Part shown: positions 1-14,540 of the stretch, piece by piece
Position numbering within the stretch: the stretch's first letter is position 1
Layout of the letters: each line of letters opens with the position of its first letter
The notes under the pieces: model-generated
The model's input: the letters and a program-made list of their open reading frames with translations, nothing else
What the model was told of the DNA's origin: nothing
Database searches by the model: none
DNA from: Eledone cirrhosa
Lineage: Eukaryota
Assembly (NCBI GenBank): GCA_964016885.1
Contig: OZ024742.1
Location: 34,906,001 to 34,970,000, forward strand
DNA length: 64,000 nucleotides
Direction: 5' to 3'
Program-made: the position numbers and the translations under genes

Positions 1-335
1 AACACTTTACAGTTAAATACAATTTCACATGTGCATCAGAAAACTTGATTTATGTGTTGACTTACTCAGGTTGTCGAGAACACTACATAGGACAGATTAA
101 AAACAGCCTCCGCCAACGTGTGGCCGTCCATAGATCCCAAATTAAAATACGGGAATACAGAAAGATAGCACTGAGTGAACACATCGCGACCTGCGCATCT
201 AATGAACAACCCAATTTCAGAATGTTTACCCTCTACAAATTTAAAGACAACGCTTCCTACATCCAGCGCATTAGCAAGGAATCACACTTTATCGCCAAAT
301 ACGAACCCCTTCTAAATGCATCCACTTCGGACTAA
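1..335 (+). pseudogene. 3' end of Penelope-like element ORF (GIY-YIG endonuclease); copy of 11547-11881
   Basis: NLIYVLTYSGC..HYIGQ..LRQRVAVHR..ALSEH..ESHFI..YEP.LN GIY-YIG motif set; sequence matches 11547 onward. Confidence 0.9.
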
Positions 336-1116
336 ACTAAAGCTGGCACACTTTAAAATTAACATCCTAGACAAATTAACCCTTTGGCAATGTATCCTTC
401 TCCAAGATTCCAGCAACTTCTGACAACTATATAATGCAGGCCAAGCAGCCACATAGAAACACCCAAATCAGCTAGTCCTTGAGGACTTTCACGAGATAAT
501 CGGATAAATAGGAGCATTAAGGTGTCCAACTAAATGCTTTACAATATGTACAGCCCGGTACGTTTTAGCTTTGAATCCCACCAATGTCATCCTTCTTTCT
601 CATCCTTAATGGGCCCACAATATAGTTGGTTGGTTGCTTTCCCATAATAGAATCGATGAAACCCCTTTTTTCCATTCCCCTGTATCTGGAATTCTCTGCT
701 GAAGATAGAATTGGTATTTCAGTAACTCTGAATCTTTTTTGTGGCAACATCACAAAGTCAATGGTGATGATTTCTTCTAAGATAAAATACCAAGATAGAT
801 ATTTTTAGAAACAATCCCCCCCCCCCCCAGTAAACTCTAAGGTCAGCCAACGTTTCAAACCAACCCCAGCTCTTTGTTGCAATTTCTGGGAGTGGCTTTC
901 ACCACAACATACTTCTCCTTATCCCCTCCCTTCTTCTTCTTCCCTCTCCTTCTCCCTCTCCTCACCCTCTCTCCCCCAACTTTTACCAGTCAAACCAAAA
1001 CATCAAAACTATTACTTCTGTTAGCCCACTAACAGAGAAAGAAGGACAAACACGGATACAGATATGAACTCTCCTTTCAAAATTTGTATGTAAAAATTAA
1101 TAACTTTTCTTCTACG

Positions 1117-1305
1117 GGGGATTGGCAGTATCGGTAGAATGTCGGACGCCATGCTTTGCAGCATAGAGTTACGCTCCTTTATGGTCTGAGTTCAAATCCC
1201 GCCGAGGTTAACTTTGCCTTTCATCCTTACGGGTTCGATAAAATAAAGCACCAGTAATGTACTGGGATAATTACTGGCCTTGTGCCAAAAGTAGAAACAA
1301 TTATT
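1117..1305 (+). mobile_element. tRNA-derived SINE family A, inserted in the PLE 3' tail
   Basis: A-box-like TGGCAGTATCGG, B-box GAGTTCAAATCCC, central GCCTTTCATCCTTACGGG.TCGATAAAATAAAG, tail CCTTGTGCCAAAAGTAGAAACAATTATT; more than 10 copies in the window. Confidence 0.9.
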
Positions 1306-1506
1306 TGTATAAATATGGAACTTAAATATATTATGCATATCCGCAGTTGTCAATGCATATAATGCTGAAACCGGTACCATTATTAAATGCAGAAATTTCC
1401 TCTTTATAAATAAATATTATTTTGATATTACACTGAAAGAATCTCTTCAGCATTTTCTACTGAAAAAAATCTTTTTCCTTTGTACAATTTTATATATATA
1501 TATATC

Positions 1507-1718
1507 GACAGTCGATCGACTTTCGTCAAATCGGAACGAGGAATCAATGTTTCCAATGGTCTTTCCAATTGCTAACTCTTTCTATCGATCGCAACTCCAG
1601 GTAGGAGGAGCAACGTGAAATAAAGTGTCTTGCCCAAGCATCGTCCGGTTCGAGAATCGAACTCACAACATCTTGATTCAGAGTCCATTTCTCTAACCAC
1701 TCAGTAACATGCCTTCAC
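1507..1718 (-). mobile_element. tRNA-derived SINE family B
   Basis: Reverse complement has a tRNA-like head with GAGTTCGATTCTC then CTTGGGCAAGACACTTTATTTCACGTTGCTCC; homologous to 40370-40590. Confidence 0.85.
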
Positions 1719-1847
1719 ATATATATATTCCTTCCGGATACTGTACTGATTGTGTTGTTATTTCTGTTTAACTTTTGCATACACAAAAACAAGATGGCGT
1801 AGGACAGAACAAAGGAGAGGCACAAAAAACAAAGAAAAGAATCCCCA

Positions 1848-1890
1848 GTCACTGAAGAGGTCACAGAATGTGTGACGAAAGAACTTTGAC
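1848..1890 (+). ncRNA. Minimal type I hammerhead ribozyme motif (PLE-type)
   Basis: gtca-CTGAAGA-g-GTCACA gaatg TGTGAC-GAAA-gaac-TT-tgac; stem I gtca/tgac, 6-bp stem II; stem III weak. Confidence 0.6.
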
Positions 1891-2098
1891 AATATATAAA
1901 CAACCATCTGGTTGTGGAACCAACCAACCAACCGGAAATTTATAAATTCCTAAATTTATAAATTTATTATAATAAATTGAAGTGAAAGCTACTGGTGCGT
2001 GTGTTTCTTATTGGCAACATGACCCTCCCAAAGTATAACAATATCGGTTTCAACATACGTTTTCAGATAAAGAATCTTGCTAAACAAATTCAGAAACG

Positions 2099-2136
<38 letters not shown>

Positions 2137-2597
2137 TTATATTTATATATATATATATATACATACTTATATTTAAGTAACAGCCGTACTAAGAGTGAGA
2201 AATGAAATTTCGTTTCATTTTTCCATTTATCGTTTTCGGTGCGCCCAGCCGACTAACTCACTCGATATGCAAATTAGGCTGCTCAGCCGTTAATATGCAT
2301 AAGGAAAGTATATACTTTCAGACATTCAATCATCTTGCAGGAAGGTATACGATGCTGATGATAGCTAATAAGCTTGAAACTAGTACATCGTTCCTTTGTC
2401 AGTGTTGAACAAATGGGCAACGATGGTTGCTAAACACTGTACGGCTTAATTCGGGCTGTTTGTTTGTTTACAAACAAACCGAGCATTATAATAAATGTTC
2501 GGTAAAAACCATACGTACATATATATATGTGTGCATGTATGTATATATATACATACTACTGTACGTCTGTATACATATATGTATGTACGTATACATA

Positions 2598-2995
<398 letters not shown>

Positions 2996-3142
2996 TTTAT
3001 ACTTATATATGAGTTATATTCAATTATAAATATGAAAAGGTAGTATGAAGTGAGAGAAAAAGCTTAATGTAAATTATCATATGTATTACAGAGCCGAGAT
3101 AGAAAATATAAAACAATCAAATTTTAGCTTAATACATTTAAT

Positions 3143-3187
3143 TGCTGACGATCGTTTCTTCCAGACAACTTTGGTATCATCGGAGCA
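3143..3187 (-). ncRNA. Hammerhead ribozyme motif near the 3' end of the second PLE
   Basis: Minus strand tgct-CCGATGA-t-aCCA..TGGaa-GAAA-CGATCG-TC-agca; palindromic stem III, GUC triplet, stem I tgct/agca. Confidence 0.65.
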
Positions 3188-3632
3188 TACACAATGTTTA
3201 AACAAGTAATTATAATCCTAGTCTTCGGAACGTTCATAAAGATACATTACTATTGACAGTGTCAGTGACATCATATTGAAACGCAAGAGAGACAAAGGGT
3301 ATTATGTTATACAGATATCAAAGTATTAGGAGCTGTTGTGATGAGTAAAAATACTGAGCATATTATATAGAAAGTTATTCATTAAGGTAATTCAGATGCA
3401 AAAGACACCAAGCAAAAAGGTGTTACAGAAGATAGATAAAGATATCATAGCATTGAAAATGTAATAGTAAGGGTATATGATGCAAAATATTAATAAAGAC
3501 ATGCATGAGGTAAGAGTTAGAAAATGAATATATCAAGCATATTTCATACAGAATGTTAAAGAGTGTTAAAAATGGCATGCATTATGGTAAAGAAATATGT
3601 AATGATAATATGAATAAATGTTGTGTAATGCA

Positions 3633-3883
3633 AATAATTGTTTCTACTTTAGGCACAAGGCCAGCAATTACCCAGTGCATTACTGGTACTTTATTTCATC
3701 GAAATAATTGTTTCTACTTTAGGCACAAAGCCAGCAATTACCCAGTGCATTACTGGTACTTTATTTTATCGACCCCATAAGGATGAAAGGCAAAGTCAAC
3801 CTCGGCGGGATTTGAACTCAGATCGTAAAGGGACGTAACTATGCTGGAAAGCATGGCGTCCGACCCTCTACCGATACTGCCAA
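3633..3883 (-). mobile_element. SINE family A with a tandemly duplicated 3' end of about 70 bp
   Basis: Tail segment at 3633-3701 is repeated from 3702; full head extends to 3883. Confidence 0.9.
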
Positions 3884-4971
3884 AGTAAATATGATAGGTT
3901 AGTGTCATTCAAACATTTTTATACTAGAGTTCATGTAGAAATGTTTATGTTGGATGTAAAACAAAGGTTCGATACTTGGAATGTTTTTAATTCTAGTTAT
4001 ATTGTATGTGAAATATGTATAGTTTAAAAATACGTGTGAAGTAAACATTAATTCCACCGTTTTTGTTGCCATGTCAATATAAGTAAAAGAAAGATATTAT
4101 ATAATACATTCCTCCCTTTAGATTCTCTATTAAGGAATATTTCACATTCCTGTGAGTTCTATTAAGAATTATTTCACGAAGTCTAATGGTAAAAATGTCG
4201 TTAAATAGTTGTAACGTTATGAATTTAAAAATAAGGAAAAAGATATTCACAAGGGAAGTTAATAACAAAAGGGAGGTAATTAAGGAAGTATTACAAGTTT
4301 ACAATATAAAACCAATCTTTATTATTAAAACCATTTATTAGTTAATAATAGCCATTAATGAATATCGTATGGTATCAAGATTTAGTTAGAATTAATCAGT
4401 TAATCAATTAATATAATTGTTTATTATATATTTATTTATTTATTTTATTAATATAAAATATTTTTTATTATTATAATTCTTAAAAACTTTTCCAAAGAAT
4501 TATAATCTATTAATATTTATCGATATAGATGGGGGTATTGTTTTATTATTATAATAAAATTATTGTTAATTATCTATTAAAAATTATCATTCATTAAATG
4601 CTGTTATAAATTAATATTTATAAATTATAAATTATTATAAATTATTTATCAATTATATATAAAAATTATTTATTATTATTATTTATTCAAATTGTGTAAA
4701 GAGAGTTGAATTATTAATAACTAGAGAGGGATTTATATAATATATGGCAATATATAATGGAGTAATTAGTGTTGTGGACACTGTTATCAGCTATCTAATT
4801 AGTGTTATATTACTTTAGTAGTAAGGATGGAGAGCATAGTAGGGTTCATAAATTGTTTATTTATTTGGTTATTAAGAAATATATGATCTGTATTAGATAT
4901 GAGATATAAGAAAGAGTTTATTAACATATATATATGTTATAATGATAATTAAGAAAAAATGATATTAGATA

Positions 4972-5054
4972 GAATATAGGGTGGTAGGGTTTATTAACGT
5001 TTACGTAGCTATAGAATATAGGGTGGTAGGGTTTATTAACGTTTACGTAGCTAT
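4972..5054. repeat. 42-bp tandem duplication
   Basis: TAGAATATAGGGTGGTAGGGTTTATTAACGTTTACGTAGCTA x2. Confidence 0.9.
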
Positions 5055-5118
5055 ATAATTACAAAAAACAAATGAATTAAACATAATGGTAGTAATATTG
5101 GAATAGATCCGACATTGA

Positions 5119-5510
5119 TTAGCTATTTGGTTTGAAATAGTGGAAAGAATATCGGTGGTAATGTGGACACGTGGAGAAAATTTCTGATTTTCTATTTAGT
5201 AGGTTGAGATTTGAATAAATAATAGTGCGAGACTCAAGGAGACGAAGGTTACAGAATTTGTTAGGTGGTTTAGCTATCACTTCCCATTCTAGGGTATATG
5301 GTATATTACTTGTTTTTAATGAGTGTATGTAGGTAAATAATGAAGTAGCGTTACTAAGTCTATTACTAAACGGATGAAGGTGTGAGTTATATTTGGTCTT
5401 AAAGCTATTCGATGTTGAACCTATATAAATTTTCGAAATTTGATTAGTAGTGACAGTACAGGAGTAGATAGTGTATTTAATAAGGTTGTAATTGTAGACC
5501 TAATAGAACT
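5119..5510 (-). pseudogene. PLE GIY-YIG endonuclease remnant (absent from the ORF track)
   Basis: Manual translation: KYTIYSCTVTTNQISKIYIGSTSNSFKTKYNSH..ATSLFTYIHSLK..LEWEVI..CNLRLLESRTIIY..LLNRKSEIFSTCPH. Confidence 0.85.
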
Positions 5511-5737
5511 TACCCATTAAGGAATAATTATGGTTCTCTGCTCGCTGAGTTCAAATGCCGCAGATTCTTTCTCTTTGTCTCTTTCACACTACCATTCTCT
5601 CACACTCACTATCCTTCTCTGCTATATTCAGACCTGGAGAATTTCTGCCTGGTTTAAACATGCCCTAGAAACGCTGTATGTCAATACGGCACCCTACTAC
5701 TCCCCCAGCAGTTACGGGACCATGTGTATATATATAT

Positions 5738-5855
<118 letters not shown>

Positions 5856-5869
5856 TGTGTGTGTGTGTG

Positions 5870-6410
5870 CGTGTCACAAACGATGAGGTACTGAAGCGTG
5901 CAAAGACTCCCGACATTGGAACTATCCTCTCCTCTAAAGGAATAGACTCAGATGTGTTGGCATATCCGCATGGATGATTGTAAACCTGTAAAGAAACTTC
6001 ATTTTGGTGAGCTTAAAGATGGTGCTCTCTCTTGAGGAATTAGGACGCGATCAAGGATATTTTGAGTAAAAGTAACATTCTTCACTGCTGGAGGCATTAT
6101 GTTGATGACCAACCATTATGACGGTGGATTGGCAGTATCAGTAGCGGGTCGGACGCCATGCTTTCCAGCATAGTTACGTCCCTTTACGATCTGAGTTCAA
6201 ATTCCGCCGAGGTTGACTTTCATCCTTGCGGGGTCGATAAAATAAAGTACCAGTAATGCACTGGGTATTTGCTGGCCTTGTGCCTAAAGTAGAGACAATT
6301 ATGACGGAAGCTAATCCATGCTGTAAGCATTGATATTGAAAACCAAAGGAAGCAGGTCAACAAGAGAAAAGATGAGAAATGGCACAATAACAAGCCGGAT
6401 CAACTGATAT
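5870..6410 (+). mobile_element. Degenerate RTE-clade LINE 3' fragment interrupted by a SINE
   Basis: [29 protein letters not shown] resembles the RTE RT C-terminal region. Confidence 0.55.
6125..6300 (+). mobile_element. SINE family A with 10-bp TSD
   Basis: Family sequence; ATTATGACGG at 6115-6124 and 6298-6307. Confidence 0.92.
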
Positions 6411-6553
6411 AATGAACGAACTCTGTCATGCTAGTAATGTAAACTTTATTTTTTAATTAACTGGAAGGACTGCTTGGATGTTCGACTGAAACTCATCTTG
6501 TGAACTGTTCTTTTCCCGTATCGGGACTCAGGCAAGCATATATACATAATAAT

Positions 6554-6600
6554 GTCACTGATGATGTCAAATATGTGTGACGAAAGAACTCTCTGAGACT
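6554..6600 (+). ncRNA. Degenerate hammerhead motif, same family as 1848-1890
   Basis: gtca-CTGATGA-t-GTCA..TGAC-GAAA-gaac-TC; 3' strand of stem I disrupted. Confidence 0.45.
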
Positions 6601-6754
6601 ATATTTATATCTATATTTTTAACTGTTAGTCAATCAATGATAAACATTGATTACCAGCTGAATTAATTATAGAAATATAAAATATACTGAACCGAAACCA
6701 AACAGTGAGCGTATTTTACTATATACTTCTGGCATTATTATTACATGACCCTTC

Positions 6755-7320
<566 letters not shown>

Positions 7321-8193
7321 CTATATATATGCAGGTCTTTAAATGTATTTATAAACCAACGGGCATAAGACTGAATTTGTAAACCATTATATTTGGAGGT
7401 ACAGCGGTGGTTATAAGGGTAGCATTGGCAGGGGAAAAGAAGGACTACAATCCAAGCATAAAACAGTGACTGAGTTAAGATACTACTGAGTTAATCCTGC
7501 TAAACTGCTCAAACCAGCATAAAATACCAACCACTTCTAGGTTGTTGGCAATGAGAAAATACATAGAATTAATTGCTCCATTTTGACACAAAAATATCCA
7601 GTATGGAAAAATTGGTTTGTGACTATATCCCATAAATGTAGCTTTTCATGTAATAGTAAACATTGGAATTGATTTATTGAGTGTGTGTGTTTGTGTTTGT
7701 GTCTGGTTGCGTGGGTGCGTTTGTGTTTGTTTGTGTGTGTATGTGGTGGGGGGGGGGGGGGTCACTGAATATTATTTATGTTGGTAAAATAATGTGACCA
7801 TGATCTATTGTCAGCAGATGTGACACTTATAAGGGTAAACATATTGGCATGAAGATTCATGGTTTTCATTGTATGACTACTAAATATTAGTAAAGTCACG
7901 TTGTAAGGACATGAGTATAATTTTTGTTAGCGCGTTTTCTCCTTGAGCACGACATTTTATTTCATGCTGCTTCAGTCAACTCAGTTGGAAAAAATAATGA
8001 TCTGTACCTATAATTCCAAGGGCATGCTTTATAATACGTTGTGTCACGCTGAATATCAGGAATATCGTACGATTTCATACGAATGAAACAGTTCTAGTCC
8101 TGTAGAAGCCTTTCTATATAAACCTCTGTCGTCACTCTGCTTATTTATTGAGTACATTATTTACTCTAGTTAAAGATTCTAATCGGGATCAAC

Positions 8194-8243
<50 letters not shown>

Positions 8244-8653
8244 TATATATTTAAAAGAAAAGAGGTGTAACACACAAGTTATTATATATTGGTAAACGGA
8301 ATAGAAAATGCTGACAAATTGTTCACAGTGAAAAATAGTTTAATTAGGAATAAGTGAGAATTAGTAATAGTATTGGTTAGTATTCAGTTTTGGTTTTAAG
8401 TTTTACCGGTTGCGCATTTCTAATGCTTTTCAAAAATAATTTTGAGATAGAGCGTCCTTGATGTTTGCTCAGAGCAAACATCAAGGACTATGACTATATA
8501 TAAACAACTATCTGGTTGTGGAACCAACCAACCAACCAGAAATTTATAAGTTTGTAGATTTGTAAATTTATAAATTTATAAATATATAATAAATTGAAGT
8601 GAAAGCAACTGGTGCGTGTGTTTCTTATTGGCAACATGACCCTCCTAAAGTAT

Positions 8654-8699
<46 letters not shown>

Positions 8700-8702
<3 letters not shown>

Positions 8703-8852
8703 TTATACCATAAACATGCTTTTGTCTTTGCGTGTAATTGTTCTCATTGGTCCACATAACGATGTATTATCCCCGCTTTTTTCCGTTCATTGCCAAGGAA
8801 CGTCTTCACGAACCAAAGTATCGTCTTCCTGTTTTCCTTCGGTTGCAACGTT
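8700..8852 (-). repeat. Unclassified dispersed family X; other copies at 16035-16510, 23110-23430 and 37935-38060 (+)
   Basis: Shared GTTGCAACCGAA.GAAAACAGGAAGACGATACTTTGGTTCGTGAAGAC core. Confidence 0.8.
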
Positions 8853-9020
8853 TTTTTTTTTTAGTTTCAGAAGATCCCGTTAAGGGTGAAAGCACCGATT
8901 CTTTACTTAAACTTTAATCTGTTATTTAAAAAAATATTTGCTCTAGGGTTCTTATTTATTTGATATATATTTATCCTTATCGAGCCCTCTTTGGATTTTA
9001 ATCTTCATATTTATTATTAT

Positions 9021-9079
<59 letters not shown>

Positions 9080-10119
9080 CATACATACCTATGTGAAACG
9101 ATCAAAACATACTTTACGAATAACACAAACCTAATTCAAACAAATGAGGAACCATGTGGCACTGATGCACTAACAACATACAAAATAAAAAACAAATAAT
9201 ACCACAATGGAACACATCACTCAGAGACAGAAAATTCCCCTTCTTGAAGATGATCCAAAACAACAACAAAGCGGAGATTTATGAAAAATGGCTCAATTCA
9301 TCCCCATTAATTCTTGCCCGCAAACTACAGATTAAACCCATCCCAGATGAACCCGAGACGCAAAGACAACTTAGGGAAAGAATGGCACTGGAACAAATGA
9401 AGACGGAAATTGAACTTCTAAAATTGAGAGGTCAAACAAATGAGGATAAAATAAAATCCATCGACGAAGAGATCAACCAAGAAATTAACAAAAAGACTCA
9501 AGGCCCAGCCTAGAAAAGATCTCTAAACTATTGGATTGCAGCAAGGAGGAACTGAAATCCCTTCAGTGCTGGGAAAAAAGCGACACTTGCTTCTTAAACT
9601 ATGGAACAATCTTTCAAACAGAATACGCTTCCAACAACCCCTTCATAAAAACAAGAAAACCTAAACGCCACTCATACACTGTTCTACAACCAACCAAAAA
9701 CACAACCTCCTCCCTTACCAAAAAAAGAAGGCAACACCTAATCCTTACCTCTTAACCCAACCGGGCAGCAACTAGGCGGACACCCCTGCAACTCACAAAG
9801 AAATAAGAAAACATCACCTCCAGGATGGACATTACAACCTCTCTCCCACTAGGAGATACCAAGGAAACCTCCATTCTTACAACCCCCCAACCACCACACA
9901 CAACAAACCCAAACTACTCGATATATTCATCAACGAAGGGCTCCTAAAACACAACTACCACACATGATATCTAAGGACACACAACCACACACTAAATATA
10001 GGGACGCCTTAATCAACCCTCATCCACGAAACCCGAACCTTCAATAACAACAGCATGGAACAACACAACACAGGAGACAACCCAACATCAACAACCATCA
10101 CAATTACTTTAATCAACAA

Positions 10120-11881
10120 AAAAATAATGAGAAACCTAAAATCTCTGACAACCCTTTACAGAGAAGGGCTTACCGACAAGGAATACAACTACATCACTGA
10201 CTTCAAAAGCAAACCCAGCCTTTTCTACGGTATCCCTAAGATACACAAAAGCGAAACATAAGTAAGGCATGCAAGGAAGCCAGAGAAATATTCATCAATG
10301 TCCCCTCACCCAATGACCTTAAATTAAGACCTATAATAGCAGGTCCCGCTTGCGAAACCCACCGCCTCAGCAACTTCTTAGGTATCCCGTTAAAACCATT
10401 CCCGAAACACATTAAAAGCTACATAAGGGACGACCTTGATATGCTCAACCACCTCCCCAAAACACTTAATAATGAACATACCCTACTAGTGTCTTTTGAT
10501 GTAGTCAACCTTTATTCCAATATCCCACACAACCTAGGAATAGAGGCAATCCAATTCTGGTTAGAAAATTACCCCCAATGCACTACCACACCGCACCATA
10601 AAATAATTCGTAATAGAAGGGCTCAAATTTATTTTGGAGAATAACTACATCGAATTCGATACCAAATTCTACAGACAGAAATCTGGGACTGCCATGGGCA
10701 CGAAAACGGCCAACCTCGTTATGGGATACATGGAAATCACCCTCTACCGAAAAGTACTAGAAAAATACGGAAACCCCTTCTACCTCTACATAGAAAAAAC
10801 TGGAAGAGATATCTGGATGATTGTTTCATCGTCTGACATGAAAGTATAGAAAGACTTACTGAATTTAAAACACTTCTAAATGGACTCAACACAAACATTC
10901 AATTTACAATGGAATACAGCCATGAACAACTTCCTTTCCTCGACATCCTTATCAAGAAAACAACAACAAAATAGAAACAGACATATACTATAAACCCACA
11001 GAATCCAAACAGTATCTTCCTTTCAACTCATGCCACCCTAGACACACCAAAATGCGCATTCCCTACAACCTAGCCAAAAGGATCTGCACTATAGTACCTG
11101 ATAAATACACATGCTACATACGTCGGGAAGAATTAAAGAACACACTTATTAGCAGGAATTATACACCATCCCTAATCAACAATGGATTCCAACGTGCCCT
11201 AAAACTCAACATCCAGGAACTTAGACACGCCAAACCAAGAAATGATTCGTAACTGAAAACTATACCATACATCTCCACACACAACCCCCTTAACAATGAG
11301 GCATTCGACACCATACTCCAGAACATACATTTACTTTAAAGAGACCTAAGAATGAATCAAATCCTTCAAACGCACAACATCATAAAGTGCAAAAGACAAC
11401 CCAAATCAAAAAAAAAAACATTCTTACACAGGCCAAAGTCCAGCCGACCCTTACAATGAACCCTACAGTTAAAAAATGTGGAAGACCTAACTGTGACATA
11501 GGTATCAATCTAATAGAGGGATCGGAGTTCTACTTCAAACAAGGACAACACTTTACAGTTAAATACAATTTCACATGTGCATCAGAAAACTTGATTTATG
11601 TGTTGACTTACTCAGGTTGTCGAGAACACTACATAGGACAGATTAAAAACAGCCTCCGCCAACGTGTGGCCGTCCATAGATCCCAAATTAAAATACGGGA
11701 ATACAGAAAGATAGCACTGAGTGAACACATCGCGACCTGCGCATCTAATGAACAACCCAATTTCAGAATGTTTACCCTCTACAAATTTAAAGACAACGCT
11801 TCCTACATCCAGCGCATTAGCAAGGAATCACACTTTATCGCCAAATACGAACCCCTTCTAAATGCATCCACTTCGGACTAA
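10120..11881 (+). pseudogene. PLE reverse transcriptase + GIY-YIG pseudo-ORF
   Basis: Split over ORFs 10055-10261, 10441-10644, 10634-10849, 11052-11252 and 11387-11881 by stops and frameshifts. Confidence 0.92.
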
Positions 11882-12663
11882 ACTAAAGCTGGCACACTTT
11901 AAAATTAACATCCTAGACAAATTAACCCTTTGGCAATGTATCCTTCTCCAAGATTCCAGCAACTTCTGACAACTATATAATGCAGGCCAAGCAGCCACAT
12001 AGAAACACCCAAATCAGCTAGTCCTTGAGGACTTTCACGAGATAATCGGATAAATAGGAGCATTAAGGTGTCCAACTAAATGCTTTACAATATGTACAGC
12101 CCGGTACGTTTTAGCTTTGAATCCCACCAATGTCATCCTTCTTTCTCATCCTTAATGGGCCCACAATATAGTTGGTTGGTTGCTTTCCCATAATAGAATC
12201 GATGAAACCCCTTTTTTCCATTCCCCTGTATCTGGAATTCTCTGCTGAAGATAGAATTGGTATTTCAGTAACTCTGAATCTTTTTTGTGGCAACATCACA
12301 AAGTCAATGGTGATGATTTCTTCTAAGATAAAATACCAAGATAGATATTTTTAGAAACAATCCCCCCCCCCCCCCAGTAAACTCTAAGGTCAGCCAACGT
12401 TTCAAACCAACCCCAGCTCTTTGTTGCAATTTCTGGGAGTGGCTTTCACCACAACATACTTCTCCTTATCCCCTCCCTTCTTCTTCTTCCCTCTCCTTCT
12501 CCCTCTCCTCACCCTCTCTCCCCCAACTTTTACCAGTCAAACCAAAACATCAAAACTATTACTTCTGTTAGCCCACTAACAGAGAAAGAAGGACAAACAC
12601 GGATACAGATATGAACTCTCCTTTCAAAATTTGTATGTAAAAATTAATAACTTTTCTTCTACG

Positions 12664-12852
12664 GGGGATTGGCAGTATCGGTAGAATGTCGGACGCCATG
12701 CTTTGCAGCATAGAGTTACGCTCCTTTATGGTCTGAGTTCAAATCCCGCCGAGGTTAACTTTGCCTTTCATCCTTACGGGTTCGATAAAATAAAGCACCA
12801 GTAATGTACTGGGATAATTACTGGCCTTGTGCCAAAAGTAGAAACAATTATT
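12664..12852 (+). mobile_element. SINE family A (duplicate of 1117-1305)
   Basis: Same sequence as the first copy. Confidence 0.9.
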
Positions 12853-13053
12853 TGTATAAATATGGAACTTAAATATATTATGCATATCCGCAGTTGTCAA
12901 TGCATATAATGCTGAAACCGGTACCATTATTAAATGCAGAAATTTCCTCTTTATAAATAAATATTATTTTGATATTACACTGAAAGAATCTCTTCAGCAT
13001 TTTCTACTGAAAAAAATCTTTTTCCTTTGTACAATTTTATATATATATATATC

Positions 13054-13265
13054 GACAGTCGATCGACTTTCGTCAAATCGGAACGAGGAAACAATGTTTC
13101 CAATGGTCTTTCCAATTGCTAACTCTTTCTATCGATCGCAACTCCAGGTAGGAGGAGCAACGTGAAATAAAGTGTCTTGCCCAAGCATCGTCCGGTTCGA
13201 GAATCGAACTCACAACATCTTGATTCAGAGTCCATTTCTCTAACCACTCAGTAACATGCCTTCAC
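13054..13265 (-). mobile_element. SINE family B (duplicate of 1507-1718)
   Basis: Near-identical to the first copy. Confidence 0.85.
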
Positions 13266-13394
13266 ATATATATATTCCTTCCGGATACTGTACTGATTGT
13301 GTTGTTATTTCTGTTTAACTTTTGCATACACAAAAACAAGATGGCGTAGGACAGAACAAAGGAGAGGCACAAAAAACAAAGAAAAGAATCCCCA

Positions 13395-13437
13395 GTCACT
13401 GAAGAGGTCACAGAATGTGTGACGAAAGAACTTTGAC
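13395..13437 (+). ncRNA. Hammerhead motif (duplicate of 1848-1890)
   Basis: Identical sequence. Confidence 0.6.
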
Positions 13438-13659
13438 AATATATAAACAACCATCTGGTTGTGGAACCAACCAACCAACCGGAAATTTATAAATTCCTAA
13501 ATTTATAAATTTATTATAATAAATTTATTATAATAAATTGAAGTGAAAGCTACTGGTGCGTGTGTTTCTTATTGGCAACATGACCCTCCCAAAGTATAAC
13601 AATATCGGTTTCAACATACGTTTTCAGATAAAGAATCTTGCTAAACAAATTCAGAAACG

Positions 13660-13801
<142 letters not shown>

Positions 13802-14262
13802 TTATATTTATATATATATATATATACATACTTATATTTAAGTAACAGCCGTACTAAGAGTGAGAAATGAAATTTCGTTTCATTTTTCCATTTATCGTTT
13901 TCGGTGCGCCCAGCCGACTAACTCACTCGATATGCAAATTAGGCTGCTCAGCCGTTAATATGCATAAGGAAAGTATATACTTTCAGACATTCAATCATCT
14001 TGCAGGAAGGTATACGATGCTGATGATAGCTAATAAGCTTGAAACTAGTACATCGTTCCTTTGTCAGTGTTGAACAAATGGGCAACGATGGTTGCTAAAC
14101 ACTGTACGGCTTAATTCGGGCTGTTTGTTTGTTTACAAACAAACCGAGCATTATAATAAATGTTCGGTAAAAACCATACGTACATATATATATGTGTGCA
14201 TGTATGTATATATATACATACTACTGTACGTCTGTATACATATATGTATGTACGTATACATA

Positions 14263-14374
<112 letters not shown>

Positions 14375-14540
14375 AAATTAGAATTGGTGCTCTGAAATAG
14401 CGATATATATATATGAATGTATATATAGTCTATTTTGCAATACACTGTATGCTTAATTAAAAGTATTTTGAAAACCTTACGCTATAGTTTTAAAGTAGTG
14501 ACTATGTCACTTACTTCTTTTTTCAGCAAACAAAGGGAGA

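Larger units (their letters stand above)
2990..5525 (-). mobile_element. 5'-truncated Penelope-like element of a second subfamily (GIY-YIG, long AT-rich tail, hammerhead)
   Basis: GIY-YIG frame at 5119-5510 and a hammerhead at 3143-3187 on the same strand; the assignment of the intervening tail is inferred. Confidence 0.6.
9088..13035 (+). mobile_element. Penelope-like retroelement (Neptune-like Cys-rich linker), frameshifted
   Basis: RT motifs FYGIPKIHK, LRPIIAG, VSFDVVNLYSNIPH, QKSGTAMGT, RYLDDCFI, LPFLDI, then C.RPNC linker and GIY-YIG; flanked by (TA)n. Confidence 0.92.

Noticed and set aside
1345-1378. Hammerhead-like TTGTCAATGCAT..ATGCTGAAACCGGTA in the PLE tail (also 12892-12925)
   Set aside because: Position and the CCGG palindrome fit a PLE ribozyme relic, but the CTGAnGA core is destroyed
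2255-2262. Octamer ATGCAAAT as an snRNA promoter element
   Set aside because: Single 8-mer inside duplicated repeat sequence with no snRNA downstream
4300-4720. Extremely AT-rich tract as a mitochondrial insertion
   Set aside because: No recognisable mitochondrial gene or tRNA; better explained as decayed element tail
8866-8900. CAGAAGATCCC..GGGTGAAAGC hammerhead-like motif
   Set aside because: Core U4 is missing here and in the copy near 37900; stems I and III unsupported
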